From: Chrysomallon squamiferum
Lineage: Eukaryota > Animalia > Mollusca
Assembly: GCA_012295275.1 (NCBI GenBank)
Contig: CM022666.1
Coordinates: forward strand, 8,432,001-8,496,000
Length of the DNA: 64,000 nt
Direction: 5' to 3'
This document shows, piece by piece, positions 13,986 through 25,904 of this stretch; position 1 is the stretch's first letter, and every line of letters starts with the position of its first letter. Under the pieces are notes generated by a model. That model was not told where the DNA came from and searched no databases. It worked only from the letters and a program-made list of their open reading frames with translations. The position numbers and the translations under genes are program-made.

Positions 13986-14598
13986 ATGCCACCGTATCAG
14001 AAAATGTCGTCAGCGTATTCTGACCTGACCTTTGACAGGGAAAACGAACATCACTACGACCTCATCAAAATGATTCCGCAGAAGAAACGAATTTCCACTT
14101 TCGGTTTAAAGCGTCGCTTCATTCCAGTTTACCTGTGTATAATCATCAGTTTCCTTGCACTCTCCCTTTCTCTTTTTGGTTTTATCAAAGACTATTGGTT
14201 CACAAATCCCGAGAGCAAGAAATTAGAAGGCGCCTGCATTCCATGTGCGTACCTGCTAAATACGCAATTTCGGGAAGATGTAGAAATAATCATCAAATAT
14301 GGAGAAAAGACCTGCTGCGCACGCACACCTGCACGGATGCAACAGATGATTAATGAGGTGAGTTGGGATTTGCTAACTGGGTATAGATCATTGTAGGTAC
14401 ATAACTGTATTCGCTGCTAGTTCTAGTATTGGTATCATTACAACTGATCCTACTACTACTACTACTTAAAAGGAGCTACAATGCCACAGCAAACACTACT
14501 GTACTACTACTACTACTGCTGTTACAACAATCCTCATTACTGCTGCAGCAACAACTATTAATTACTGTAACACCATTACACCAAGGAATAACACTTCG

Positions 14599-14634
<36 letters not shown>

Positions 14635-16820
14635 TTGACAATTTAATTTAAATCAATTTTGTGATTCGTCTAGTATTGGTATCATTACAAATCATCCTAC
14701 TACTACTACTACTACTTAAAAGGAGCTACAATGCCACAGCAAACACAACTACTGTACAGCTGCAACAGCAACTATTAATTACTGTAACACCATTACACCA
14801 AGGAACTAAAAATAAAAAATTAAATTCTTATGGATCTTACACATTTAGAAGATAAAAAACATTGACAATTTAATTTAAATAACTTTTGGTATTTGTCTTA
14901 CTGGTCAGTAAAGAGGAATTATTGATATTTTCGGTTCAAAATGAGGTGATGAACTTTGATCAAATATGACACTTAAATGTTCTTTGATTGTCGACTCATG
15001 AATAATTAATTATGACTTTCTTTCCCAAAACATGTGAATATCTATCAGGATATTCAGATTATGTTCCCAGGACAAGCGTTCTTGGACCCTCTTGGATAGA
15101 AAATCACACGTAAAATGGTCGACTGATTGACAGACTTTGGAAACCGGCAAATGGGAAAATCATCCAGTCAGAAGGGTCGTGAGTGATTTCAAACATTATC
15201 TGCCATATCTGAAAAACAAAAGTGAAAGTAGATAAAATATTCATCATGGAAAACTGAAAGTAGATTATGATCTTTATCGAGTCAGAAGGGTTGTGAGTGA
15301 TTTCAAACATTATCTGCCATATCTGAAAAGCAAAAGTGAAAGTAGATAAAATATTCATCATGGAAAACTGAAAGTAGATTATGATCTTCATTGACTGAAA
15401 GTGAAAGTAGATCATCGTCTTTTTGAATAGTGAAAGTAGATTACCATCTTCATTGAAAGTGAAAGTAGATCATCTTTTTGAATAGTGAAAGTATATTATC
15501 GTTTTGAATAGTGAAAGTAGATTACCATCTTCATTGAAAGTGAAAGTTGATCATCATCTTTTGAATATAGTGAAAGTAGATTATTATCTTCATTGAAAGT
15601 GAAAGTAGGTCATTATCTTTTTGAAAAGTGAAAGATTATTAAATTTTCAACACTAGATTTGCTCATATTCGTTTTCATTTAATCACAACAAATTTAATGC
15701 TCAGTTTTATTTTCCCATATTTATTAATTTATATTATTTATTTTTATTTGAACAAGACTTGTATCAGCTTGTCTTGCTGTGTGTATGCGTGTATGAACAC
15801 ATTAATACTGTTGATTCAAGGATAAAGCATGTGTTTAATATTTTGTTTATTGCTGTTATTTTATGTGTTACATGTTTTTAAATAAAACAATATTTTATGA
15901 GTTTTTATTTTATATTATCTGAAATGTTGTCTTTTTCTTTCTTTTTCTTTTTTCTATATATTTTTTTTTAATTGATTTTCTTTTTCACTTCAGGCTTTTA
16001 ACAGAAGAATCACACAGTTGGATGATAAAGGTATCTATCTTTGTTGCTGATTTCTACACTTGTAATAGAGTAGGGTTCTGGTAATTTCGTTGCTAATGTT
16101 TAATTTTAAATCACTTTATCGTTTTAAACACCGAACACTAAATAGCTATGCCTGAAGTTTATGTAAAGAAATATTGGAAAAAAAGAACAAAAAGAAAACA
16201 AATTAAACAAACAAAAAAAAAAAAATTAAGAAGAAGATGAAAAAGTAGCAGTAGAAAAAAAAAGAAAAAAAACATTATAAAATTATCTATTTAGTTATAT
16301 GTTTGTTTGTTTGTTTGTTTGTTTGTTTGTTTACTGGTTTGTTTGTTCATTCATTGATTGATTCACTCAACAACAGAAGTACTGAAAGACATTTCCCAAC
16401 CATTTGTTTGTTTATTTGTTTATTTCTTTCTTTCTTTAACTTCTTTCTTTCTTTTCTTTATTTACTTACTTGTTTATTTGTTTATTTTTTATTTTCATTC
16501 ATTCATTAATTCATTTATTCAATAATTCATTTATTAATTCATTTATTTATTCAATAATTCATTTATGCAGTATCAGAAACACCAGAACGGCCTAAAATCT
16601 CGCCCCAAACGCACAAGGTCTCCCGCAGCGGTGACGTTGCACTGCACAACTCCGACGTTGTTGTTCATCTACCAACTACAGACCAAACTAATCAGGGTCA
16701 CAATGGTAATGCTGTTGTTGTTATTATTATTACTATTATTATTAATATTATTGATATTAGTATTATTATTATTACCCTTATTATTTTAATTATTTTAATT
16801 ATTATTTATTTATTTGTTTA

Positions 16821-16851
<31 letters not shown>

Positions 16852-17088
16852 GTATTTCTTTGGCTATTTGCCAATAACCAACAGTAACAGGACACCAGAC
16901 CTGTTGTTAGCAACATGGCATGTAAACACATTACGTAAACACTAAACCTTTGTTCCCTATAAATCTCTAATGTATATCCCGAAGAAAAAAGAGTCGCTGT
17001 CGCATATATAATGTACAGTGAATAAATATTTTAAAAAACCTTGTTGTTATTATTATTATTATTATTATTAATTTTATATCATACTGTA

Positions 17089-17175
<87 letters not shown>

Positions 17176-17637
17176 ATAACATAACATAATGTCATACCCT
17201 ATACTATACCGAACCATATTAACACACCATATAATCTAATATTCTTCTCTTTTTTTCTTTCAGGTGAACAACAGAAACAGATCAAAGGAGCTGAGGTGAA
17301 GAACACTCGACTCAATATCACTGAATCGGGTTTCTACTACATTTACAGCCAGGTTTACTTCAGAATCTTTACAAGCAACGGCATGAAGCTGCCAGGCATC
17401 CTGGGTCACCAGGTTTTCCGCTACAGCGACAACGTTCCCAACGACGGAATAGAAAAGCTGCTGGAGACAGCACAGACCACCACGGAAGATAAAAATCGCA
17501 ACGTCTATCTTCACAGCAGCTACGCAGGGGGGGTGTTTAAGCTTGATGGCGGAGACCAGTTGTATGTAATCATATCCCATCCGTCACTTACTAATCTTAA
17601 GCTGTCCTTTTTGGGGGTCATCAAATTGAATATGTGA
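13986..17637 (+). CDS. TNF-superfamily ligand A2, type II membrane protein, 305 aa; exons 13986-14357, 15994-16030, 16571-16705, 17264-17637
   Basis: GT-AG junctions with phases 0,1,1 give an open 918-nt CDS: cytoplasmic tail, TM (FIPVYLCIIISFLALSLSLFGFI), stalk CIPC...CC, and C-terminal THD (GFYYIYSQVYF, GGVFKLDGGDQLYV). Confidence 0.9.
15166..15635 (+). repeat. Intronic minisatellite (two 114-bp units, then ~26-30-bp units) with 13 copies of (AGT/ACT)GAAAG
   Basis: agtcagaaggg at 15166 and 15280; GAAAGTGAAAGT at about 15397, 15455, 15536 and 15595, plus variants. Confidence 0.9.
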
Positions 17638-18516
17638 ACCGTATATAGATCGTATATTGTAGTAAAATTAAAATAATTAACAGAAATATTAATAATACTT
17701 ACAAAAAGTAATAATAACAACAGTAACATAGATCAAATTTCAAGTTTTAATGTTAAGTATTTTCAGTATGTTCAGGTATTAAGATCGACTCCCAAAACCT
17801 GCAGACAGATAATAATACTGTAGAGCTACTTCCACTGGGAAATACTGCCGCGCTTATTAGGTCTGTGCATTGACTAATGTAAGAGTTGCAGCGTAATGTA
17901 ATGGGCTACTTAAAAATAATAAAAACCATCAATTTCGGTATTAGGCTTTTGCTTCATTTGCATCAGTGTAGAAGCTTAAGCACTAAAAAGAATTTGTAAT
18001 TCAAAATATAAACAATAATAAACCATAAATAAAATTTTATTTATCAATAATTCGAAATTAAGCAAAACTTACAGTAAGAAGGAAGAGAATGCTTTATAAA
18101 CAGAACTTATTCATTTTTTAGTAAATTTTGAAAATGGCTATAAATTTAATTAAGTAAATAAATTCGGCTAGAAAAAATGTTGAGGTGGCCCTCTTACCCT
18201 TGATGCCCTAAGCACGTGACCCTTGAATGGACAACCCAATCCCCCCCCAAAAAAACAACAAAAAAACAACAACAACAAAACAAGAAACTATATAATTTTC
18301 GGTGAAAATGTCGCTATCGATCGATATCAGCCTGCGTGCGGTAACCGAGTAACCGAACTGGTCGATAACAATCTCCACTGGCCGCACTTTCACATACAAG
18401 ATATAGTGTGATGATAAGGTTTATTTACGTTGGTTGTCACGTGCTTGATTACTGTTATTATGAGGAAGTAGCAGCCCGGTAGAATCAATGCAGTTGGGAG
18501 TCTCAAAAATCCGAAA

Positions 18517-18558
<42 letters not shown>

Positions 18559-19436
18559 TTATATACATAAATAAATGCTAGTAATGAAAAATACATTGTA
18601 ATAAAGTAAATATTAATGTGTCAAAAGTTGATTTCAGATATTCACCTGAGACAGCTTTTAAGTAATAACTGCAGAATGTCACTAGGTAATGCAGTATTCG
18701 GAACACGTTAGAAATACAATTAAAGGAAAACCTGTTTCTCATCAGCATAAAGACGCGACGTGGCCTTTCAAAAAGTATTTATTAGCATGAAGCACGTGAC
18801 TGAAGGAACTCTTCCTTGTCTGTGTTGGTTTATGTATGATCCTGGATGAACTGTGTGAGGTATTTGTCAAGTTCTCTTGATGTATAATACTTTATGTGGA
18901 GCGCTCGTCTTAACGTTTTATTGTTGTAAATATCAGTAAAGTCATAGAAAATAGATACAAAACCATACCCCAGTCCAGTCTAAAATATTTTAACTTCTTT
19001 TTCAATATCAGAGAAGCATGGGGAAAATAGATGGGTTAATCTATGAATACTTTTTCATTAAGTAAATTTCTTTTACGTATATAAACTACAGATATTTTAT
19101 TATATATTTATAACATTCAGATTATCTAGTTTCTATATATAAAATAGACAAAAAATAAAATAACGACAAATATTAACTAAATATGCATAATAATTATAAT
19201 CTGTTAATAAACTAACGTTAACTAGCAATTATAAGTTAACAGAAAATAAAAGTTTTGGTTTGTCCCGTTCTGTTTTTATACTGTCATTAAGCAGTATAAT
19301 GTGTGGTACTAACGAACTATTGTTTGAATGTGTACAACATTATTTTAAGTCGGGATACCAATAATATGGCAGCGTTTTATTTTATAACAAAATTATTTTA
19401 TAAATAAATGTTTTGAATGGTACGCATGTTGATTTG

Positions 19437-19519
<83 letters not shown>

Positions 19520-20286
19520 CCTATCTATCTATCTATGTATATATAACACACACACACACACACACTCACACACACACACACACACAGATACGGACACAAC
19601 CGGGTTCTGCACCGTACTCTTGAAACGTGGACAATGATCGTGTTTATTCGGAATAATCTGTAATGAAAGTTACAGAAGCAGAATTATTCTTTTTATCTTC
19701 AGTGCAGGGACAGATCTAATCACCTCTGCAGGGAAGTATCCATATATTTTATTACCTTATTGCACCATTTACTATTTTTATGTGTTATATTTCTAATTTA
19801 CTTTTATGCAGGTATTGTCATTTTTGTATGAAATTAACATGGTTATTTGCAGAAAGTTAATATAACGTTGCTTTACAACAGGGACGTCATTATAATCTTG
19901 ACATATTTATTTTATTTTATTTTATTTTAGTTAGTTAATAATTAGTTAGTTTAGTTTATTTATTTATTTTATATCCGTTTTAAAAACGTATGACATTTGA
20001 TGTAATGTCAATGCAAGGCAGCTGTACGTATTTGTGTACTTGAAACGAACACGTGACGTCTTTGTTAAAATTGTATGTCAGCTTGAACTTCGCTGCGTTG
20101 TTTGTTATCAGATAATACTTGGGTTTTTCCTGGCGAGGTTGAAGTCAAAAGATCAGTTAGGTAAGTTACCTGGACGCTACGGGGGTTTTCAGGCTGCATT
20201 TAAGACAAGAAAAAAAAAAAATAATAATAATAATAATAATAAATAAATAAATAAATAAATAAATATACATATATATATACTGATTC

Positions 20287-20410
20287 TTGTACTGATTGCT
20301 TCATATGCAATTCCTCGAGAAAACGTGAATGACAACAATACAGGCTATCTAAATGATTCATCGATTACGTTTTCTCGAGGAATTGCATGATATGAAATAA
20401 TCAGTACAAG
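20287..20410. repeat. Inverted repeat/hairpin, ~42-bp arms with a perfect 21-bp core
   Basis: tgcaattcctcgagaaaacgt ... acgttttctcgaggaattgca, extended outward by ttgtactgatt/aatcagtacaa. Confidence 0.85.
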
Positions 20411-22167
20411 TTTGCATGGTTCTTTGCAAAAGCAGACGTTGATGACATCACAATGATAGAGATTATAAATTAGCACGTTTTCTCCGAGAACTGCATGATA
20501 TATGTTTGTTTTAGACTCACTGATATCAATACTAGATCTCGTTTTGTTTTCGATACCGTCATGTGATATTGATTTCGTGTAAAGTTTCTGAAAATAACTG
20601 CAAAAAAACAACAACAAAAAACCAAAACATACACACATAAAAAATTTAAAAAAAGGAAATAAAAAAACGTAGATCGATTTCTCGGGTAAGTTTACTGCGT
20701 GTTTGCATTAGAAAGTCTGGCCAGACGAGATGGGGGATAGCGGACAGGGAGGTAACAGGGGAGAGGTAAAAATTAGATAAATTTATGCATTTTAAAACAC
20801 AGACAGTAGATGGTCAAGTGTTTTCGAGGAAATAATCTTGTGTGGCAGTAAATCGGGGTGGGGGATATATCTACATATATAATGAGTTATCAGTGTAATA
20901 ATTATTTATTTCTTTAAGAAGAAATAAGACAATGTAAATATTAACTTTTCTGGGGTCAGTATAAACAATAAACAGGATAAAACACCCATTGCACTTTAAA
21001 CAACAAGTGGACAAGTAAACACTGGTTAAAAACTGCCTACGTCACAGTTGACAGAAACAGACAGTCTATAATCCGATCTACCAACACGGTAAACAATTTA
21101 AAATGTAAAAAACACGACAGAAGTTTCATAAATTATTACGGCACAAAGAAATAGTATAAATTAAACACATTACAAAGAAATATCCACTGAGGTGATTACG
21201 TAACCGATTAAGAAAAGTTTTAATAAAAGGCTGAGTAATGCAGATGTTAAACAGTCAACACCGAAACTTACTCCCTAGCTACATTCCACAGAATTAGCTC
21301 AAGAGCAAAATCAGAAAATAAACAACAGAGAATACTAAGCTTTCACTGTTATAATACCAATTTTTAGAAAGTGTTTATTCAAATTTGCTGTTGTCTTATG
21401 TTTTCCATTTAAACGATGTACTTAATGAATTCAAATTTCTGTAGTAAAGTAATAAACAAAGTATTCAGAGTCCAAATTTAGGGGTCAAAATTACGCAGGT
21501 GCGCAGACGCAGCACGAAACGAACATCTCACGTGTAGTAAACAAAATAACGACATCGTGATTCTCTTTACTACGACAGACTTCAAACTACATCGTAACAA
21601 TCAGTAAACGACACTTTCGGCTAACAAAACAACATAAAACACAACACTGCTCTTAATTTTGATCATAATATTTAAAACTGTTATTTTTATACTTAATTTA
21701 TTAGAATATTAAAATGCATAAAGATTACGACATATACCTACATTTTCATTGGCGGATGCTACAACCAATCAGAATAAAGGGTTTATTTACTTCTCATTGA
21801 CATTAATACGGATGTCCGTAATGAGAAGTGGGTTTCAGGATGTTATAATATTACATGACAGTAATTAAATGATTAGAGCTCAGAAACAAAGATGATTGAA
21901 ATAAAACAAAAGAACTGTGTAAAGTTTTCTTAAATATTGGCGTCAGTGTCATATAAAAACATACATATTTTTTAAATGTGGAAATACGAAGTTTATAAAC
22001 TGAATTCAGACGCATTCAAAACTAATTTATGATATAAACAAACAAACAAATAGATCAAATAAAAAAAATAATAAATAAATGAATGAATCTTAAAAAAAAA
22101 AAAAAAATGAAAAAATAAAATGTAAAAAAAAAAAGATTTCCAATTATAATGGATACATCTCTCTCTC

Positions 22168-22258
<91 letters not shown>

Positions 22259-22311
22259 ATGGCGACACGTACATTTATACTAAAAATAAATATAAATAAA
22301 AAACGAAGCAT

Positions 22312-23697
22312 TCAGTTTTCTTCTCTCCAGGGAATCTGATTTAACTGTGCCAGGCGGTATCGGCTGAGTTGTGCGTCCGTAGCCGGGTTGTAAACATCAG
22401 TAGCTTTGACGTGAATCTCTTCCAGTCTCTGCGCAATGTCACCAAGGGCGAGCTGGTTTTTCCTCAGCTTGGCCTGATCTCGAATGTTCTGTTCCAGCAG
22501 TTCGCGGATTGCTATCTCCTCCTGCTTCAGCACTGACAACGTCTGCTCGTTGGTTACGCTCTGACTTTTAAAATAGCCCTGCAGATTAAGCAGCGACGAC
22601 GGCACGTCTTCGTCAAACGTCGACGATGTGGTCGCTTTGGAAAAACGCGCCGGTTTCTTCAGCACATCCTCGAGAATCACCTTGGGTTGAAGCTGTCCCC
22701 TGATCGGTTTGTAATCTTCCATCAACCTCTGCCTCTGTTCTAGGAGCTTGGCAAGTGAGACCTGACCAAAGGGTGCAGGCTGTGGTTTGTGTTCACTGAG
22801 AGGTTTGGTGAAAGATTTCGTGTACCAGTCTGGAGTGAGAAGTCGCGGATGTCTGTCTGGTGAAGATCTGTAACAAAAATAACAACTTATACATGCACAC
22901 AAATACACACACACAAATATATATATATATACACAGTTATATATACACACACACACACACATACATATGGATGAAATGAATTAATGAATGTATGGATGGA
23001 CTGCTGAATTAATTTCACTTTTACACTAATCAAGCACAAAATTTAATATATATTATTTGCACATATTTAAATATAAATATATATACTCATTCTTGATTGG
23101 TATTAAAGCGAAATTAATTCAGCCATCCATCCATCCATCCATCCATCCTTCCATTAATCCATCCATCCATTGATCCATCCATTAATCCATCCATCCATCG
23201 ATCCATCCATTAATCCATTCATTAATCCATTCATCCGTCAATCCATCAATTAATCCAATCTACACACTGATCCATCCATCTACATATCCATCTATCCACT
23301 AATCTATCCATTCATCCATTAATCCATTAGTCCATCCATCCATCTATCCGTCCATTAGTACATGCATCTGCGCATTGTATCCAGCTAAACACAGACCCCC
23401 ACCCACTGTGTACTCACTAACAGACAAAGCTATATATCAACAATGGTTTACATTTCAGGTTCTCGCCCGGTGTTTTTGGGCGTTACATCTTCGTAGCTAA
23501 TCGCCTCCGTGTCCAGGATAGTGTCCACGAGCCAGCTGTGTCCAGTTTCTTTTAAAACTTCCAAAAACTTTCTTATAGTGACCAGTCCGTGACCCTCCAG
23601 ATGTTGCAATAACAAAGGAACTTGTTTCTTCTGTTCTTGGAACTGCAGTAGGAATGGGTTATATGGATTTAGTTATATGAGAGAGAGAGAGAGAGAC

Positions 23698-23796
<99 letters not shown>

Positions 23797-24440
23797 CAGA
23801 GACGGACAGACAAAGAGACAGATACAAAATTTTATATTTGCAAAAGAACCTACAGATCATTTATCACTTTAAAAGAAACAGCAAACAAAAACAATAAAAT
23901 TAAATAAATTAATTAATTAAAAAATATATATAAAAATAAATAAATATATTATAAGTAAATAAATAAATATGAAAAGAATACAGAATATTAGCCCTTCTGC
24001 GGGTACTGTCAGTAAGCATTCACTGGTCTTTTACTCCTGGATGTCAGAGACTTTGTCTAATTAGTATGTCACCACCAAACAATTCTAATCACCGTCTGCA
24101 TTTGCATCCAGTGATGTAAACCCTTTTGCATCTGAGCTCTTCATAAACATCAATAGAGAATTTTTGAAATACTCAGATATAACATTAGAATTCTGTTGGA
24201 TTAAAATTCCGGTCATCGTTAATGAATAGGTTTATGTTGTTATTAGTGGTAACTTCTTCAACAAAGCTGTCGCTGTATTGTGGTTCTTGGCCTATCTTAA
24301 TTAAACAGCCACATTTACGTTAAAAAATGGAACCCAGTAAAGGATTTAAATACTAGGAGGCAAATGAAGTAGAACAAAAAAAAAAATAATAATAATAAAA
24401 TAAATACAAAAAATAAATAAATACAAAAAAAAAAAAAAAA

Positions 24441-24506
<66 letters not shown>

Positions 24507-25356
24507 TAAAAATAATAATTAAAAAAAAAAAAAAAAAGGAAAATAAAATTTTAAAAACAAAATGTTAAGCAGTCACTGTTATCATTAAAAATATATATTC
24601 GTCACCAAGAACGGGATGAAATACATTTTTCATTCATCTGTGTATTTGTTACATTGTTTGTGGTGACTCGTCTTTGCTAACATAACTTAGAAATAATTTT
24701 CTTCATATATTCATATAATATTAATTTGGTTCATATAGTAAACGATATCTAACAGAAAATTATCGATTATTTACCACATATGAGAATGTTTATGACATAA
24801 GTGTACTTACAATAATCTGTTTCCTAGCAACGTCTGTAATGATGCCAGCAGAAAATAATCTGTCGAGAACGCTCGGAGACAGGACAAGATGGCGAGAGAG
24901 GAAGTCTGAATTTTTGTTCAGGATGTTACTCACAATCTTCTGTTCCATCGTCACTCTTGGTTTCTGAGTTCTACCTTTCACGTCTGTGGAATTCCTGAAA
25001 GAACCAAGAAAATTCGAAGAAGATGAAATTAGAGCACTCGTTTTCGAGTCCGGATCAGAGTTATGGCGCCTGTTTTCGTATAGGGAACTGGGAATGAGGA
25101 TGGGAACCTTTAGATTACTGCTAGGCATGGCGGTACAGTCGTCGCCATGTTTCTTTTTATTGTCTGCTGTATTTTCAGTTTGTTTATCACAAGAAATATG
25201 TATATTTGATGTTACTTCCGGTGTTAAAGTACTGTCGTCTGCTACCTCTTGAGATATCGTCTGCTTTCCACCAAGCCTGTCTTGTGGGTGTAAATACCAG
25301 TCGCCTGAAAAGTTTTTCCATTTTGAGTCCAGACTTCGTCTTTTCTCAGGAATCAT
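22312..25356 (-). CDS. CARD-domain protein with disordered N-terminus and C-terminal coiled coil, ~430 aa; exons 25356-24811, 23642-23452, 22867-22312
   Basis: Spliced [38 protein letters not shown]|[43 protein letters not shown] fits the CARD/death-fold pattern (LxxNxxxL, LDxLxxxGII, FxxxLxxTGxxxLxxxL). Phases 0 and 2 are compatible. Last exon has heptads ([39 protein letters not shown]). Confidence 0.75.
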
Positions 25357-25873
25357 ATTTCCTATGCAGATTGTTTCTCTCTCTTAAATAATATCCCTTT
25401 ACGTCAGTTTAGAATTTTCGAAAGTTATCTTTGCTATAAAACATTTTGTTTTGTCAGAAGTTGTATTTTCTAAATTAAGATTTTTTTTTTCTCTCACAAA
25501 TCTGATTTTTTTTCAAGCTAAATTATTTTTCACTCTCTGAACTGACATTCACTTTGTAAAAGTACGGATAGAGTTACAAAGTTTAGAATTGAGTTCTGAT
25601 TCAAAAAAAAAGATAAAATATCTTTGTTCTCTCCTCGAAATATCTTTAATCCCCGATATTATTAATAAAACACGAGGTGAATGTCAATGAATTTTCATGA
25701 ATCTTTTTCTTACATTTTTTTCCCTTTTCTTTTCTTTTTCACCTCTCCTTTTTATAACGGTATCGGCTTAAGATATTATTAACTCCGGGTTCTTCATAAA
25801 TAATGACATCAATATACACTATATATGCAAGGTACATTATTAATGTTGTATATTATTCTACAGGTGTGCAGAT

Positions 25874-25904
<31 letters not shown>

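Noticed and set aside
23990-24350. Coding-like composition in CARD gene intron 1
   Set aside because: Multiple stops in the most protein-like frame, no clear splice sites, and the CARD splices cleanly without it.
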